From positions 512,997-576,996 of the forward strand of contig JAHLKX010000003.1 in assembly GCA_020444515.1 (NCBI GenBank): a DNA stretch of 64,000 bases. Direction: 5' to 3'. Numbering within the stretch: the first letter of the stretch is position 1; each line of letters opens with the position of its first letter. Position numbers and translations under genes: made by a program. Below, one piece after another: positions 56,249-64,000 of the stretch. Source of the DNA: Bacteroidota bacterium. GTDB lineage: Bacteria; Bacteroidota; Bacteroidia; Bacteroidales; JAADJA01. The notes under the pieces were generated by a model. That model saw nothing but the letters and a program-made list of their open reading frames with translations, made no database searches and was not told the origin of the DNA.

Positions 56249-57859
56249 ATGAATTTGGACTTTACATATAAATCATTTAAAAATTTAAGATTGCTACTCC
56301 CAATCTCATTGGTCATGATTGGAATTCTCATCCAATTTCCAAAATGTGTATCCAGCCAGGGTTATATGGGCAAGAATAAAGTATTTCTGATCGGACAGGT
56401 TGTAAATGAGCTCAATGGGGCCCCTATTAAAGGACATAAGCTTATCATTGAAGCCGATTCAACCCATGAACCAAGTTTCAATTATTATAAGGTCGTATAT
56501 ACAGATGATGAGGGCTATTACTATGATACCATTCAGACTTATAACCTGAAAGGATCACTTATCGTCAGCACGAATGATTACCAGAATATTACTTATGATA
56601 CAACGATATTCTACAGGTTTAACTGGAGTGAAGATAATATTATTTTTGCCAATTTTGCTTTACCTACTGCACCAATACCGGTCATTTACCAGGCCAATTT
56701 TTACTATGTGCGCAATCCGAATGGTAACAATGAACAAGAGTATAAATTTATTGACATTACCAATTCACAGGATATCATTTCATATGAATGGGATTTCGGC
56801 GATGGAACAATTTCTCATGAGCAAAATCCAACCCATATTTTTGCCAGTCCGGGTTTAAACCGCGTTTCGCTTAAGGTTGAAATACAATCCTCCCCTACAA
56901 GCAAGCCTTATATTTCAAACCTCGTTAAAGTGATCAATGTTACTTTTACTAATTATTTTCATATGGGAGGACATGTTTTTACCGGATATTTCCCCATTGA
57001 TATTGGCCACGCCTATTTATACAAAATCGAGAACAATGAATTGATTTTAATTGATACCGCCATCTTTAATGATTCACTCGGCTTCTATTTATTCTATCAG
57101 CTTATTGAAGGAGATTATCTTGTCAAAGCTGATTTGGATCCCTCTTCCGAATTTTTTAATGTCTTCATGTGTACTTATTATGGCAATAAACTGCATTGGA
57201 CTGAAGCCGATACCATTCATCATCAATCCACTTCTTTTGAATATGATATCAACCTGATGCCGAATGAAAAAAGCATGGCCGGACCAGGACTGCTCGCAGG
57301 AAATATTAATTATGTATCAGGCGGTGACGAAATTATTTCACCTGCGGAAAACATCAGTATTATTTTATACGACAGTGACAACAATGCTATAGATATTTGC
57401 CATTCCAATGAAAACGGTCAGTTTGAACTGGAAGACCTGGATATGAATATCTATTATTTGTTTGCCGAGGTCACAGGTAAATATACAGTACCTCTGTATG
57501 TTGAATTGAATGGAACCAATACTTCTGTTACCAAAATTGAATTTGCCATCAATGAAAATACTGTTACCGGAACCATTGGCTATGCATCGGTACATGAAAA
57601 TGACTTTGATTTAAGTTTTGATCATGTTTATCCCAACCCTGTGCATAATTTTGCAAAAATTGATCATCATTTACAGGATGGATCCCAACTCCAGGTATCG
57701 ATAATCGATGCTTCTGGCAGAACCGTGTACACAAAAAATATTGAAAATCAACCATTCAATGAAAGCATTAGGATTCCCGTTTCATCCATACCTCCAGGAA
57801 TCTATTTCATGAGGATATCGGGAAAAGATGGGATTGTCACGCGAAAATTTATAAAGTAA
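56249..57859 (+). CDS. Secreted PKD-domain protein with a T9SS C-terminal sorting domain
   Basis: PKD-like YEWDFGDGTISHEQNPTHIFASPGLNRVSLKV. CTD VYPNPVHNFAKI...PGIYFMRISGKDGIVTRKFIK. Confidence 0.78.
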   Translation: MNLDFTYKSFKNLRLLLPISLVMIGILIQFPKCVSSQGYMGKNKVFLIGQVVNELNGAPIKGHKLIIEADSTHEPSFNYYKVVYTDDEGYYYDTIQTYNLKGSLIVSTNDYQNITYDTTIFYRFNWSEDNIIFANFALPTAPIPVIYQANFYYVRNPNGNNEQEYKFIDITNSQDIISYEWDFGDGTISHEQNPTHIFASPGLNRVSLKVEIQSSPTSKPYISNLVKVINVTFTNYFHMGGHVFTGYFPIDIGHAYLYKIENNELILIDTAIFNDSLGFYLFYQLIEGDYLVKADLDPSSEFFNVFMCTYYGNKLHWTEADTIHHQSTSFEYDINLMPNEKSMAGPGLLAGNINYVSGGDEIISPAENISIILYDSDNNAIDICHSNENGQFELEDLDMNIYYLFAEVTGKYTVPLYVELNGTNTSVTKIEFAINENTVTGTIGYASVHENDFDLSFDHVYPNPVHNFAKIDHHLQDGSQLQVSIIDASGRTVYTKNIENQPFNESIRIPVSSIPPGIYFMRISGKDGIVTRKFIK

Positions 57860-57880
57860 TTCTGGTTTGTAATTAAAATG

Positions 57881-57904
57881 GCACTGCAAAACAGTGCTTT
57901 TTTT
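57881..57904 (+). terminator. Rho-independent terminator of the ECF sigma operon
   Basis: GCACTG-CAAAA-CAGTGC followed by T7. Confidence 0.75.
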
Positions 57905-57948
57905 GCAAGCATTTCAAAAAGTAATCAAGTGGACAACCAATTCATAGG

Positions 57949-57975
57949 ATAGGGCAGCGCTTTGCGCTGCCCTAT
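57949..57975. repeat. Perfect 12-bp-arm GC-rich palindrome
   Basis: ATAGGGCAGCGC-TTT-GCGCTGCCCTAT, 45 nt after the terminator and 25 nt before a promoter box. Confidence 0.7.
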
Positions 57976-57999
57976 TTACTTTTATAATCCAACAATTTG

Positions 58000-58007
58000 T
58001 ATATTTG
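58000..58007 (+). promoter_or_regulatory. -7 promoter box TATATTTG
   Basis: 18 nt upstream of the ATG at 58026. It lies at or inside the ORF-track start (58005), which argues for the later ATG. Confidence 0.45.
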
Positions 58008-58025
58008 GCATGCAATATACCACAT

Positions 58026-60488
58026 ATGAAAAAAATGAACCGGCTCTTTATCCTGTTATATTTGATGGTTTCAATTTCGGACTGTGTCACTGCTCAGGGC
58101 ACCGCGCCGTTTATCGTATCTTCTGAAGGTGATACGGTTATCCTAAAATCGATTCCGATTGTTGACATCAATGCTAAGATTGAAGAATTGTCGGTAGAAC
58201 TTACAAAAATAAACCGTGATGCCGAACCCACGGAAGCAATAATACGCATTGATACCACCCTAAAGCTTGCTCAGGAGTTACTCGATGCAGAAAAAGAACG
58301 GATCAATCAAAGTGAACAGGAATTATCAATGAGGTCACTTGATGACATCACAAGACAATGGTCGGAATATGATAAAACACTATTTTCCTGGCAGACAATA
58401 GTTACCAGTCGTCTTCAGGAACTTGAAACCATGTTATTTAATCTTGATATTATTGATAATACCTGGAAACTTACCAAAGAAGAAGCACAGAAGCAACAGG
58501 CACCACCTACCAGCATCAAAAGGATTTCAGAAGTAATAGCCAATGTGGCCAGTGCTAAAAAAGAGGTGAAAAATCGAAAGGATGCAGTATTACTAATCCA
58601 AAGTAAAATTACTGATTTTCAGATTGAAGTGAATAAGGTGAGTGGACAATTGATGGAAATCCGTAAAACAATCCAGTCCGCGATTTTTGCTAAAGATAGT
58701 CCGGCATTATGGAACCTGTCTGATAGCACTATTAACAAATCAGGATTGGCTTATCAGATTCGCAGGTCTACCGGTGAAAACACCCGTCAGATTCAAACTT
58801 TTATTGAAAACAATTCAGGAAAGTTGATCAAGCATATCATTCTATTTATCATATACCTGTTAATTTTTTATTTTCTAAACAAATGGCATCAAAAGTCCAG
58901 ATTAGATAAGAATGATTCATCCGATCAGGATCATTATATATTATCCAATTATTTCCCATCGGCTTTGTTTCTCACACTGGTATCTTCATTGTTGATTTAC
59001 AGGGCTTTGCCAACCGCTTTGACCGAATTGATCAAGATCCTGTTGGTCATCCCGGCCCTATGGTTAATTCCAGGTATGATAAATCCAAAGTATAGGCCAC
59101 TACTAATTACCCTTGTCATTGTTTTTGTATTTGACCTGCTCATGATTTTCTTTATCCCTAAATCTTTATATTCACGCATTTTACTAATGATTACCAACCT
59201 GGTAACGTTCTGGCTTGTTAACCAGTTCGGAAATAAAAACAATGCCTTTTACGCCCTTGCAGGAAAGAACTTAAAAATAGCAATTCGGATTCTCCTACCG
59301 ATTTACTTTCTGTTTTTAACAGTTGCAATCCTGGGCAATATAGCTGGGTATGTTGACTTATCCGCTCTTCTTATCAAAGCGATCATCAACTCCATTATGA
59401 TTGCTGTATTACTCTACCTGATGTATGTTGTTATTTCTGTACTTATCAGAGCATTGCTAGAAACACCTTTGTTGAAGCTTTCATATATCGTTTCGAATCA
59501 TGCTGCGACAATTCGACAAAAAGCCGATGTCGTGATTAAATACCTTGCTGTTTTTCTATGGTTTCGTGGAGTCTTTAATTCATTGGGACTTTTAAAACAA
59601 GTAAGCAGCTGGTTTGCGGGTTTAATGGATGTTAAATGGGAAGTAAAAAATATCGATATCAGTTTGGGTGGTATCATCGGATTTTTCCTTGTCATTTTTA
59701 TCACATGGTTCATTGTAAGGCTTTTGAGATATCTGATGGAGGAAGAAATCTTCCCGAGGATCAAATTGGCAAGAGGGGTTCCGGGAGCCATCTCGATGAT
59801 AATAAGGTACAGTATTGTTGCTTTTGGAATATACATTGCCATTTCAGCAGCCGGCATTGATCTGGATCGCTTTGGTCTCATCGCAGGGGCACTGGGCGTT
59901 GGTATTGGTTTTGGGTTGCAAGGGGTCGTGTACAACTTCATTGCCGGATTGATCCTGGCTTTTGAAAGGCCTATTCAGAAAGGAGATACCATAGAAGTGG
60001 GCACCCTCATGGGAGATGTGATCAATATTGGCGTTCGTTCCAGCACCATCCGAACCTATGATGGTTCTGAGGTTATTGTTCCAAATGGAAATTTGATTAG
60101 CAATGAAGTGACCAACTGGACCCTTTCCGATCGCAAAAGGAGAAGGGTGGTTCCGGTGGGGGTATCCTATGGATCCAATCCGAGAGCAGTCATGAAACTG
60201 CTTGAAGAAACCACAGCCAAACACCCTGAAGTGCTTCCTTTCCCAAAACCCTGGCCTTTGTTTGATGGATTCGGAGACAATTCTCTTAAATTCCGGATTT
60301 TATTTTGGGTTGATTTTGACCGAGGTTTATCGGTTCAAAGTGAAGTGGCCATGATGATTCACGACGCATTGCAGGATCAAGGTATTCAAATTCCCTTTCC
60401 GCAACAGGATATTTTCATTAAAAATTTTGATCCAACAATACAAAAATCCCGATTTCCTGGAGATAAACCGGATATAACCAATCAATAA
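58026..60488 (+). CDS. Large mechanosensitive channel of the MscS superfamily (MscK/KefA-like architecture)
   Basis: Signal peptide. Long coiled-coil periplasmic domain. About 10 TM segments. MscS core FGLQGVVYNFIAGLILAFERPIQKGDTIEV...VIVPNGNLI. Confidence 0.88.
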   Translation: MKKMNRLFILLYLMVSISDCVTAQGTAPFIVSSEGDTVILKSIPIVDINAKIEELSVELTKINRDAEPTEAIIRIDTTLKLAQELLDAEKERINQSEQELSMRSLDDITRQWSEYDKTLFSWQTIVTSRLQELETMLFNLDIIDNTWKLTKEEAQKQQAPPTSIKRISEVIANVASAKKEVKNRKDAVLLIQSKITDFQIEVNKVSGQLMEIRKTIQSAIFAKDSPALWNLSDSTINKSGLAYQIRRSTGENTRQIQTFIENNSGKLIKHIILFIIYLLIFYFLNKWHQKSRLDKNDSSDQDHYILSNYFPSALFLTLVSSLLIYRALPTALTELIKILLVIPALWLIPGMINPKYRPLLITLVIVFVFDLLMIFFIPKSLYSRILLMITNLVTFWLVNQFGNKNNAFYALAGKNLKIAIRILLPIYFLFLTVAILGNIAGYVDLSALLIKAIINSIMIAVLLYLMYVVISVLIRALLETPLLKLSYIVSNHAATIRQKADVVIKYLAVFLWFRGVFNSLGLLKQVSSWFAGLMDVKWEVKNIDISLGGIIGFFLVIFITWFIVRLLRYLMEEEIFPRIKLARGVPGAISMIIRYSIVAFGIYIAISAAGIDLDRFGLIAGALGVGIGFGLQGVVYNFIAGLILAFERPIQKGDTIEVGTLMGDVINIGVRSSTIRTYDGSEVIVPNGNLISNEVTNWTLSDRKRRRVVPVGVSYGSNPRAVMKLLEETTAKHPEVLPFPKPWPLFDGFGDNSLKFRILFWVDFDRGLSVQSEVAMMIHDALQDQGIQIPFPQQDIFIKNFDPTIQKSRFPGDKPDITNQ

Positions 60489-61234
60489 GTATGGAGGAAT
60501 GTTGCATTGCATTGATCATCCACCACAAAAATCCAATGCTTTCTGTAAAGACATCCCGAAGGACAATCTCCCCATCCAATGCTGAAATCGAGTTTCAAAA
60601 CCAGGCCATCTTGGGATAGTTCAATGGTATTACCATCGCCTACTGCACCTCCACCCAATCCAACCTGATAAAAGACAGGTAAAGATGCCAATTCCTCCAT
60701 TATGGGCAACAGGTTTAAAGGCTGTTCGGCTGTGATGGTAATCCAATTGAATTCAGGGTAATACAAGGAAGGTTGCACATCAGTGAAGTTATATTCATGG
60801 ATAATGATATCCAGTTTGGCATTTCCGGTAGGTTTTTCCTGAATGAGCTTCATAACCTCAAGAGCCGCAGTATCTACCTGTAAGGATATGGACTGCATAC
60901 CCAGCCATGGAAAAACATGAATATTATATTTCTCCACTATGCTATCGCGTTCCGGAATATCCAAATAGTAAACAGCTTGAAAAGCATTGAGTATCAAATT
61001 CACTTTTCCTTCATCAAAAAAGGGTTGATTGCGGTCTTCGTGCATCGAATCGGCATAGATTTCCATAAACAGAAGCCGCTGCGTATCCTCCCGATAGATA
61101 GAGTCAATTATATCAGTATGGTTGCAATTTGAAGTATTGTGAATGGTTTCCTTTTCAGTACATGAAACGAACCATAACAGAATGAACAGAAAGTTGAGGG
61201 ATATAAATTGACTTGTAAAATGTGTAGGTTGCAT
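60482..61234 (-). CDS. Lipoprotein of unknown function (250 aa)
   Basis: Lipobox WFVSC. The intact ORF's 3' end overlaps the convergent channel gene by 7 nt. Confidence 0.6.
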   Translation of the reverse strand: MQPTHFTSQFISLNFLFILLWFVSCTEKETIHNTSNCNHTDIIDSIYREDTQRLLFMEIYADSMHEDRNQPFFDEGKVNLILNAFQAVYYLDIPERDSIVEKYNIHVFPWLGMQSISLQVDTAALEVMKLIQEKPTGNAKLDIIIHEYNFTDVQPSLYYPEFNWITITAEQPLNLLPIMEELASLPVFYQVGLGGGAVGDGNTIELSQDGLVLKLDFSIGWGDCPSGCLYRKHWIFVVDDQCNATFLHTY

Positions 61235-61294
61235 AATTGCAGTATTGACAATTTTTTATTGCAAAAATCATCCCGGAGTTATTCAATCTGGAAT

Positions 61295-63256
61295 TTATTT
61301 TGGGGTGATCCGTGCTACCCAACCTCCACCGGGAGCCAGCCGGATCAGCAGTTTGTCGGCCGAAGTAGCAGAGATGGTGGCCTTTTCATAATCACTGGCA
61401 TATCGATCGGCATTGATACCATCCTGCCAAATAGATACTGTATATTTTCCACTTCCCAGAAAAGAGAGATCCAGTTCAAGATGACGAGAATCCCAATTGG
61501 TCATAGCACCAACATACCATTCGTTACCTGTTTTTCGCGCTAGGGCAATGTGATCAGCTATTTTACCCGATAATACAACGGTGGAATCCCAAACTGTAGG
61601 AACAGCGGAAAGAAACTCCATACACTCGGGCTCACGCATATAATTGCTGGGATTATCGCATAACATTTGCAGGGGGCTTTCATAAACCACGTACATAGCC
61701 AGTTGATGACAACGGGTACCCATGCTCATGGGTCGGTTATTGATGGCCCTGAAATTTTCCTTATTGGCGTTCACCATAGCACCAGGTGTATAATCCATCG
61801 GACCAGCAACCATTCGAATAAACGGGATGGTGACATTATGCTCCGGTGTATTTTTATCACTCCATTTGGATTGTTCCAGCCCACGCAATCCTTCACGTGT
61901 AATAACATTGGGATATTGTCGCCGCAATCCTGCAGGTTTGTATGATCCATGAAAATCAACCAGTAATTTACGATTGGCAGCTTCTTCAGCAACGCGATGA
62001 TAATAGTTTACCATCCACTGGTCATCGCGCTGCATAAAATCGACTTTGATGCCTTTGATCCCCCATTCTTCAAATTGATCAAATGCACGTTCCCATTGAT
62101 TTTCCAATGTTTTCCACACAACCCAGAGAATCACACCAACATTTTTTGAATTGGCATAAGTAACGACCTCATCCATGTCAATAGCCGGAACCACCTTTAA
62201 TAAATTTCCAAGTTCATACCAGCCTTCATCCATGATGATATATTCGATACCTTGTTTGGCCGCAAAATCAATATAGTATTTGTAGGTATCTGTATTGATC
62301 CCTGCTTTAAAATCCACATCATAAACATTGTTGGCATTCCACCAGTCCCAGGCTACCTTACCCGGTTTGATCCAGGAAGGATCAGCAATGGCACAGGTAT
62401 CGGCCAGCAAATAAGGAATTTGATTGGTGATCAGGCCTGCATCATCTTCTGAAATGCCCAGAATACGCCAGGGAAAATGGCGTTTTCCCTCAGTAAGAGC
62501 AATGTAATCAGCATATCGGGTTACTTTTACGTTGCGATCACGGACCTGCTCTTCCTCAAGTGCAACACCAGGAAATAAACCCCTTAGAGCATTACTACCG
62601 GTTCCTTTGAGCCATATTCCGGGATAGTCATCCAGTCCCGATTCAGTAATCAGTACACGATGTTTACTGGATGTTTCAACCAGGGCAGGCAAACTGCAAA
62701 AACGGTCGGCAGATATCAGGTTGATAGTCTCATAAAGGTAATATCGTTCATTATGCGAAAAGAAAGATTCTTCTTCGGGGAACCAGATATTGCTTCCCGA
62801 AGGAAAATTCAAAACAACATTTTCACGATTAACGGTAATGTCATCCTTAAAATCGGTTTCAAAACGCCAGGCTACGCCATTGTTAAACGCCCTGAATCGT
62901 ATGTTATAATCCCCTTTGCAAACCAGCAACAATTCGGTATATGCTTCCTTGATATATTTAAATTTTTCCGCAACTGCGGGAATCACTGTATCGTTTACAT
63001 AACTCGGAATCCGTTTTTTGATCTTTGGTTTTAGTCCGAGCACCACATCATCGTCCACATTCATACTGATGCGGGAATATTCAAGGATAGCAGTGGAATC
63101 GCGCAATACTTCAAACTCAACAAAATCTTCCGCGCGGATGTGAATGGCAATACGACCGTCAGGAGAAATCAGTTCGAGTGGCGTTTGTGCCGTAATTGTA
63201 GATATACAAAAGGCTAACGATAGAAAAAAAAGGACAACTCGATAAATATTTTTCAT
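61295..63256 (-). CDS. Glycoside hydrolase family 97 (alpha-glucosidase/alpha-galactosidase type)
   Basis: Signal peptide. GIEYIIMDEGW. GIKGIKVDFMQRDDQ. VDFHGSYKPAGLRRQYPNVITREGLRGLE. MVAGPMDYTPG. Confidence 0.88.
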   Translation of the reverse strand: MKNIYRVVLFFLSLAFCISTITAQTPLELISPDGRIAIHIRAEDFVEFEVLRDSTAILEYSRISMNVDDDVVLGLKPKIKKRIPSYVNDTVIPAVAEKFKYIKEAYTELLLVCKGDYNIRFRAFNNGVAWRFETDFKDDITVNRENVVLNFPSGSNIWFPEEESFFSHNERYYLYETINLISADRFCSLPALVETSSKHRVLITESGLDDYPGIWLKGTGSNALRGLFPGVALEEEQVRDRNVKVTRYADYIALTEGKRHFPWRILGISEDDAGLITNQIPYLLADTCAIADPSWIKPGKVAWDWWNANNVYDVDFKAGINTDTYKYYIDFAAKQGIEYIIMDEGWYELGNLLKVVPAIDMDEVVTYANSKNVGVILWVVWKTLENQWERAFDQFEEWGIKGIKVDFMQRDDQWMVNYYHRVAEEAANRKLLVDFHGSYKPAGLRRQYPNVITREGLRGLEQSKWSDKNTPEHNVTIPFIRMVAGPMDYTPGAMVNANKENFRAINNRPMSMGTRCHQLAMYVVYESPLQMLCDNPSNYMREPECMEFLSAVPTVWDSTVVLSGKIADHIALARKTGNEWYVGAMTNWDSRHLELDLSFLGSGKYTVSIWQDGINADRYASDYEKATISATSADKLLIRLAPGGGWVARITPK

Positions 63257-63303
63257 TGCTCGTAAAATTGACGCTAAATATACGTAAAACAGCTGTTAAT
63301 GTT

Positions 63304-64000
63304 TTAAATAATCGTGTCCAAAATGGAAATCAATCGGTTTACCTCATCTGCTGAATTGTAATGAACCATGCTCACCCGCACCACACCATTTTGATCTGAT
63401 AATCCCAGATCATCGATCAACCGGCGTGCGTAGAAATCACCCCATCGAATCCCGATTTTATATGGATCAACGAGTAAGGGGATTTCGCTGCTTTTTCGTT
63501 CCTTCACAATAAATGAAAAAGTGGGCACCCGGAGGGATCCTTCTGCCATCGGTTCGCCAATGATCCGAACATTCTTTTTACTTTTCAAAAAATCAACAAA
63601 AAGATGGGACAGGTGTTCCTCATGTGACTCAATTAGTTCATAAACGCCATGCAACCGGTTCAATAACTTCTCATGGCCATTGCCATAGTGATGAGCATAA
63701 AGTCTGTCAAAATAATCAGTAATCCCCAACAAACCATAGCTCAGTTCATAATTTACATTACCGGGTTGCAGTTTGTAAGGAATTTCTTCATTTCCAATAA
63801 AAAAATGATTGATCCCGGGCAGTTTATCGAGGTGTTTCTTTTTGCCGTAGAGCACAGAATAGTGCGGTCCGTAAACTTTGTAGAGACTGAATACATAAAA
63901 ATCTACATCCAGCGTCTGAACATCCACCATCCGATGGGGAGCATAGGCCACAGCATCAACGCATACCATAGCACCCCGGTCATGAACAAATTCAGTGATG
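63304..64000 (-). CDS. Class V aminotransferase-fold PLP enzyme (cysteine desulfurase-like). The 5' end lies beyond the window.
   Basis: The frame stays open upstream of M63969 to the window edge (ITEFVHDRGAMVCVDAVAYAPH). PLP-Lys context FSLYKVYGPH. Confidence 0.8.
   Translation of the reverse strand, partial: ITEFVHDRGAMVCVDAVAYAPHRMVDVQTLDVDFYVFSLYKVYGPHYSVLYGKKKHLDKLPGINHFFIGNEEIPYKLQPGNVNYELSYGLLGITDYFDRLYAHHYGNGHEKLLNRLHGVYELIESHEEHLSHLFVDFLKSKKNVRIIGEPMAEGSLRVPTFSFIVKERKSSEIPLLVDPYKIGIRWGDFYARRLIDDLGLSDQNGVVRVSMVHYNSADEVNRLISILDTII

Noticed and set aside
60482-60488. 7-nt overlap of convergent 3' ends (MscS-family gene and lipoprotein gene)
   Set aside because: This is ordinary compaction. 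There is no hairpin or other signal, so it is not informative on its own.
1-64000. Search for CRISPR arrays, tRNA/rRNA genes, integrases, transposases, toxin-antitoxin or known defence genes
   Set aside because: I found no regularly spaced direct repeats, no tRNA-like T-arm signatures in the intergenic regions, and no recombinase, nuclease or ATPase motifs typical of mobile or defence modules. This was a visual scan only, so a tRNAscan, Infernal and defence-HMM run should confirm it.

Overview
This 64-kb chromosomal segment looks like a Bacteroidota genome, probably an anaerobe or facultative anaerobe. The supporting signs are several proteins ending in T9SS C-terminal sorting domains, TAnnTTTG -7 promoter boxes 20-45 nt upstream of many start codons, lipoproteins with acidic residues right after the lipidated Cys, and propeller-type sensor kinases. 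I call about 50 protein genes at high coding density. I saw no rRNA, tRNA, CRISPR array, integrase, transposase or recognisable phage-defence gene, so this is not an obvious mobile or defence island. Content in order: (1) a five-gene signalling operon with two sensor kinases, a REC-LytS-type kinase, a LytTR regulator and a REC-nucleotidyl cyclase; (2) envelope proteins of unknown function; (3) tadA, an OsmC-like gene and a methyltransferase; (4) a LytS/LytTR pair translationally coupled to a lipoprotein made of five tandem carbohydrate-binding-like modules; (5) a transglutaminase-like gene pair; (6) an extended arsenic/thiol-redox island (trx, trx-like, ccdA-like, arsR, arsC, arsM, acr3, dsrE-like, GDCCVxC, DUF302) carrying two homologous ~80-nt palindromic elements that exactly fill two intercistronic gaps; (7) CsbD-like, MscS and AI-2E transporter genes; (8) GH127; (9) a Crp/Fnr regulator divergent from a two-gene operon encoding a 10-11-heme lipoprotein cytochrome c and a tandem-rhodanese lipoprotein; (10) three consecutive T9SS cargo genes; (11) a hybrid propeller kinase; (12) S46 and M49-like peptidases; (13) an ECF sigma operon; (14) a large MscS-family channel, GH97 and a partial class V aminotransferase. 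The best candidates for undescribed biology are the Crp/Fnr + multiheme lipoprotein + rhodanese lipoprotein module (possibly surface-exposed sulfur or metalloid electron transfer), the branched kinase-to-kinase/cyclase operon, and the accessory genes and intercistronic palindromes of the ars island. All functional calls rest on motifs read by eye from the translations. No database search was run.
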